Below are positions 60,686 through 64,000 of a DNA stretch of 64,000 nucleotides, piece by piece. This DNA is from Mobula birostris (taxonomy: Eukaryota): the NCBI RefSeq assembly GCF_030028105.1, contig NC_092371.1, forward strand, positions 96,189,064 to 96,253,063, read 5' to 3'. The first letter of the stretch is position 1. The number at the start of each line of letters is the position of its first letter. A program made the translations under genes and the position numbers. The notes under the pieces were generated by a model, which made no database searches, was not told the DNA's origin, and saw only the letters and a program-made list of their open reading frames with translations.

Positions 60686-62249
60686 CATTATTCTCAATAG
60701 ATGCTTTCAGTCGTTATCGAACAAAAGTCGGGACTCTTCGTTTTTTTCCTTTCGCTGTAAACATGTTTGATGTCATAAGCATGCCACTCGTTCACGTTGT
60801 ACAATATAATCACATTTCGTGAGCTATTACGTTGTTGTTATTCTTTAATCAACTCAACGGTTGCGAGGCTAGCCGTTATATAGTTCTACCAAAGGACCAC
60901 TATCCCTTAAAATGTTAAGATTATTTCTGAGACAGAGACTAAAAATGTCGGAATCTGGAACAAAAAGAAACAAATTACTGGGTGAACTCAGGGGGTCAGT
61001 GGAGTCAAATGGTAGCAATCAAATTGTAGGGTCTCGAACCCAAACGTCGACTGCCCATTTCGCTCCATCTCACCCGCCGAGTTTTCTCCCCTGCACTCTG
61101 TACTATGAATCCAGCGATCCGCCTTCACATCGCGGCGGAACCCTATAATGAACCGGCACCATTCTTTTGAGTCTATCGTCAAATGCACCACAGATCATGT
61201 GGAAGATTAGATTTAAAGCTGTGGTTATTGGCGCCGATTCAGAACCTGTCACTGTTCAATACTGGAGTCAAACAGGGCTGTATCATTACATCTTGGTGTC
61301 TTTTTTTTTGTTTCAAAATTACCTCGTTCGACATTGATCGACTTTCCAGACCTATGGTTCATATGAATTAGAAGTAAATATTTTTCAACCCGAACTTTTC
61401 AGACGTTTGGGTAGAAAACCTTGGCTGCCCTGTCTATTTCATACCCCTGAAATACTTCAGAAGTTTGATGAGCGATGCACAGTTCTGTCGCCAGGAGCCA
61501 CTTGTCTGCGTTTCGCTCATTCCTTCCCGCAGAGCCGAGGAGAAAATTGTGGGGAGGCGGGGGAGGAGGCACATTCTCAAAGTTCTACACCCCTCATCAG
61601 TTATATGTCCCTTTAACCTGCTCTGCTCCAGAGAAAACGACCCAGCCTGTCCATATTTTCCACATGATTAAAACGTTCCATCTCAAGCAAAATCCTAGCG
61701 ACTGTTCTCTGCAACCTCGCCAGCACTGCCCCGTTTGTTCTATTTCATGATAACCAGAACTGCATGCAGTACTCCAGCTGCGATCTGACACAATATTTAA
61801 TGTTGGAGCAGGACCTCTTTGCTCTTGCATTTGATGTCCCAAATAATGCAGTCTAGTACCTCATATGCCTTTTTTTTACCAAGGTCATTATTAGGCCCGC
61901 ACTGTAGCGCAGCAGTTAGCGTAACACTTTACAGCACCAGCGACCAGCGATCAGCGATCGGGGTTCTGTCTGTAAGGAATTTTTACGCCCCCCCCCCCAC
62001 GTGAACGCGTGGGCTTCCTCCGGGTGCTTTGGTTACCTAGGACATTCCAAAGACATACTGGTTAAGTTTAGTTAGTTGTGGGCATGCTTTGCTAGCGCTA
62101 GAAGTGTCCTGACACTTCCACCCCCCTCCCCCAACACATATTCGGACTGTGGTGGTCGTTGATGCAAAAACGACGCTTTTCGCATGTTTCGTTATGCTTG
62201 GTGCAAATAACGATAATCTCTAATCGCTCTCTCTCTCTCTCTCTCTCTA

Positions 62250-63560
62250 CCTACCTGTGCTGAAACCTTCAATGATCTTTGCACTTGGGCACGAAGTCAC
62301 TGTTTCTCAATATCCCCATAGCATGATTGGTCCTCCTGAATGCATCACACCGTATGTATCAGAATTAAATTCCATTTGCCATTTAATAGACCATAGCAGC
62401 CTGGGGTTACCACCACTCCCACTAGCCACATCAACAACTCAACCAGCCTTCGCGCCATCTGCAAACATATTGTTCACGCCTTCTCAGTCGCATCCAAGTC
62501 ATTCACGTATAGTCCCAGCCCAATCCCCATGGAACACTACTATTCACAGGCATCCAGCCACAAAAGCAATCCTCTACCACCCTCCCCTATCTCCCATTGC
62601 CGTTGTAATTGGATCCAATTTGCCAACTAGAGCCTTATCTTTTTAGCCATTTCCGTGCGTGACCTTACCAAAGAGGTAGTGTTATCTTTGAACCAAATCT
62701 ACTGCCCTGTCCTCATCAGTACACTTTATTATGTCTTAAAAATTTTCTAACAGATTGGTCAGTCGAGATTTTCTCTTGACATATATGAATATCATTGATT
62801 CGTTCCTACCTTTCTAAGTGACTATGAAGTCCGACTCTCAAAATGCTTACCAATAGATTCACACCATGGATAACAGGCTCAAGGGTCTGTGTTTAGCATG
62901 CATTTTCCTACTCTCATTATTACAAACAGACCTTTTTGCCACATCCCAGTCAGCTGATCATCGGGTACTTGAACTGCGACCAGCTAATGTTTAAAAATCT
63001 CAGCTAGGCCTAGCAATCCCCTCCCTTGCCCCTATCCAAAGCAGCCTGGGATAAATCGCTTACAGCCCTGGGAATTTATTCACCTGTAATTCCACTAAAG
63101 CTTCAAGTGTCTCCCCTATTTTAATGGAAACCTGCACTGGACTTTCATATACCTCTTCCATGCTGTCGCCATCTATAAAGTCCTATCTTTAGCCAATACC
63201 AATGGGAAGTATTAATTTCGGACCTAGCCGATACGTTCTGGCTTCACGCACAAATTATCACGATGGTCTCTAAATGTACTACTCTTTTTCTGGTTATTCT
63301 TTTTTTCTTAATTAAAATGTCTTCCGTTTTATCATATCAGATCAATATATTTTTCGTGCATCCTCTTTTGTTTCCAAATTTCCTTTTAAGTGCACCCTGC
63401 ACTTTATAAACTCCTGCTGGACTTCTCCTGTCTATACGTGGCACTAACTTCCTTTTTTGTCTTTATCCAACTCTCGAAATCCCTCCAAATCCCTACATCT
63501 GTTGCACCTAGCTTAAATGCAGGAACATACTGGCCCTGCAATGTATTTGACGAATTAACG
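62250..63560 (-). mobile_element. Old decayed CR1-like fragments
   Basis: Degenerate antisense RT-like sequence (e.g. GCCTTCGCGCCATCTGCAAAC, CCCTGGGAATTTATTCACC). Confidence 0.5.
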
Positions 63561-64000
63561 GAATGGGAATAAAATAAATTCCCATGACTTGCTGATCTGC
63601 ATCTCCGTCTTTTGAAAGAGTTGACGATGGAGAGGGTGTTTGCTGAAGCTGTGCATTTTCTAACATCCCAAGAATCAAAAAGCGAAGATAGTGACTAGAA
63701 CCCTAATTCAGAAGAGGAGGGAAACTGGCAAATGGCAACAGGAGAGGGAAAATTTAATTACATTCGATTTTGAAGACAGCTAGAAAACAATAATGGGTTT
63801 ATCACAGAATGGGCATAAGTTTACGAAAGGGAACTGATGTTTGACAGATCTATTAGAGTTTTGTCAAGTATTCTACAAACGGAACACAAAGGACAGAATC
63901 GATGGATGTGGTGTGTTCGGACTTTTGAAAAGTTGCATAACAATAGATTATTAAGCAAGAATTAAAATACCCGTAACAGGAATAATATCCTGACTGAAGT

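Noticed and set aside
61015-61060. Further hammerhead-like remnants (also ~51700-51720)
   Set aside because: Core CTGANGA and/or GAAAC boxes are missing or mutated

Overview
Vertebrate, repeat-rich DNA, almost certainly from a cartilaginous fish. This is inferred from germline-joined Ig light-chain genes plus CR1, V-SINE and Penelope-type repeats. The window is part of an immunoglobulin light-chain lambda (elasmobranch type II) cluster locus. It holds (1) an apparently intact germline-joined L-VJ-C gene on + (58092-60651); (2) a divergently oriented L-VJ-C pseudogene on - (27816-22400) with three independent lesions; and (3) an intact-ORF orphan C exon on - (10104-9776) whose VJ appears deleted. 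The 3' flank of the minus-strand cluster occurs as two long tandem copies plus a third fragment. The rest is nested transposons: CR1 LINEs, a Rex1/Babar-like LINE, a Gmr1-type Ty3/gypsy element with a tRNA-Pro PBS, a two-LTR mini-element, solo LTRs, hAT elements, SINEs and Penelope-like fragments carrying hammerhead-ribozyme motifs. All comparisons were made by eye; coordinates prefixed ~ are approximate and no database searches were run.
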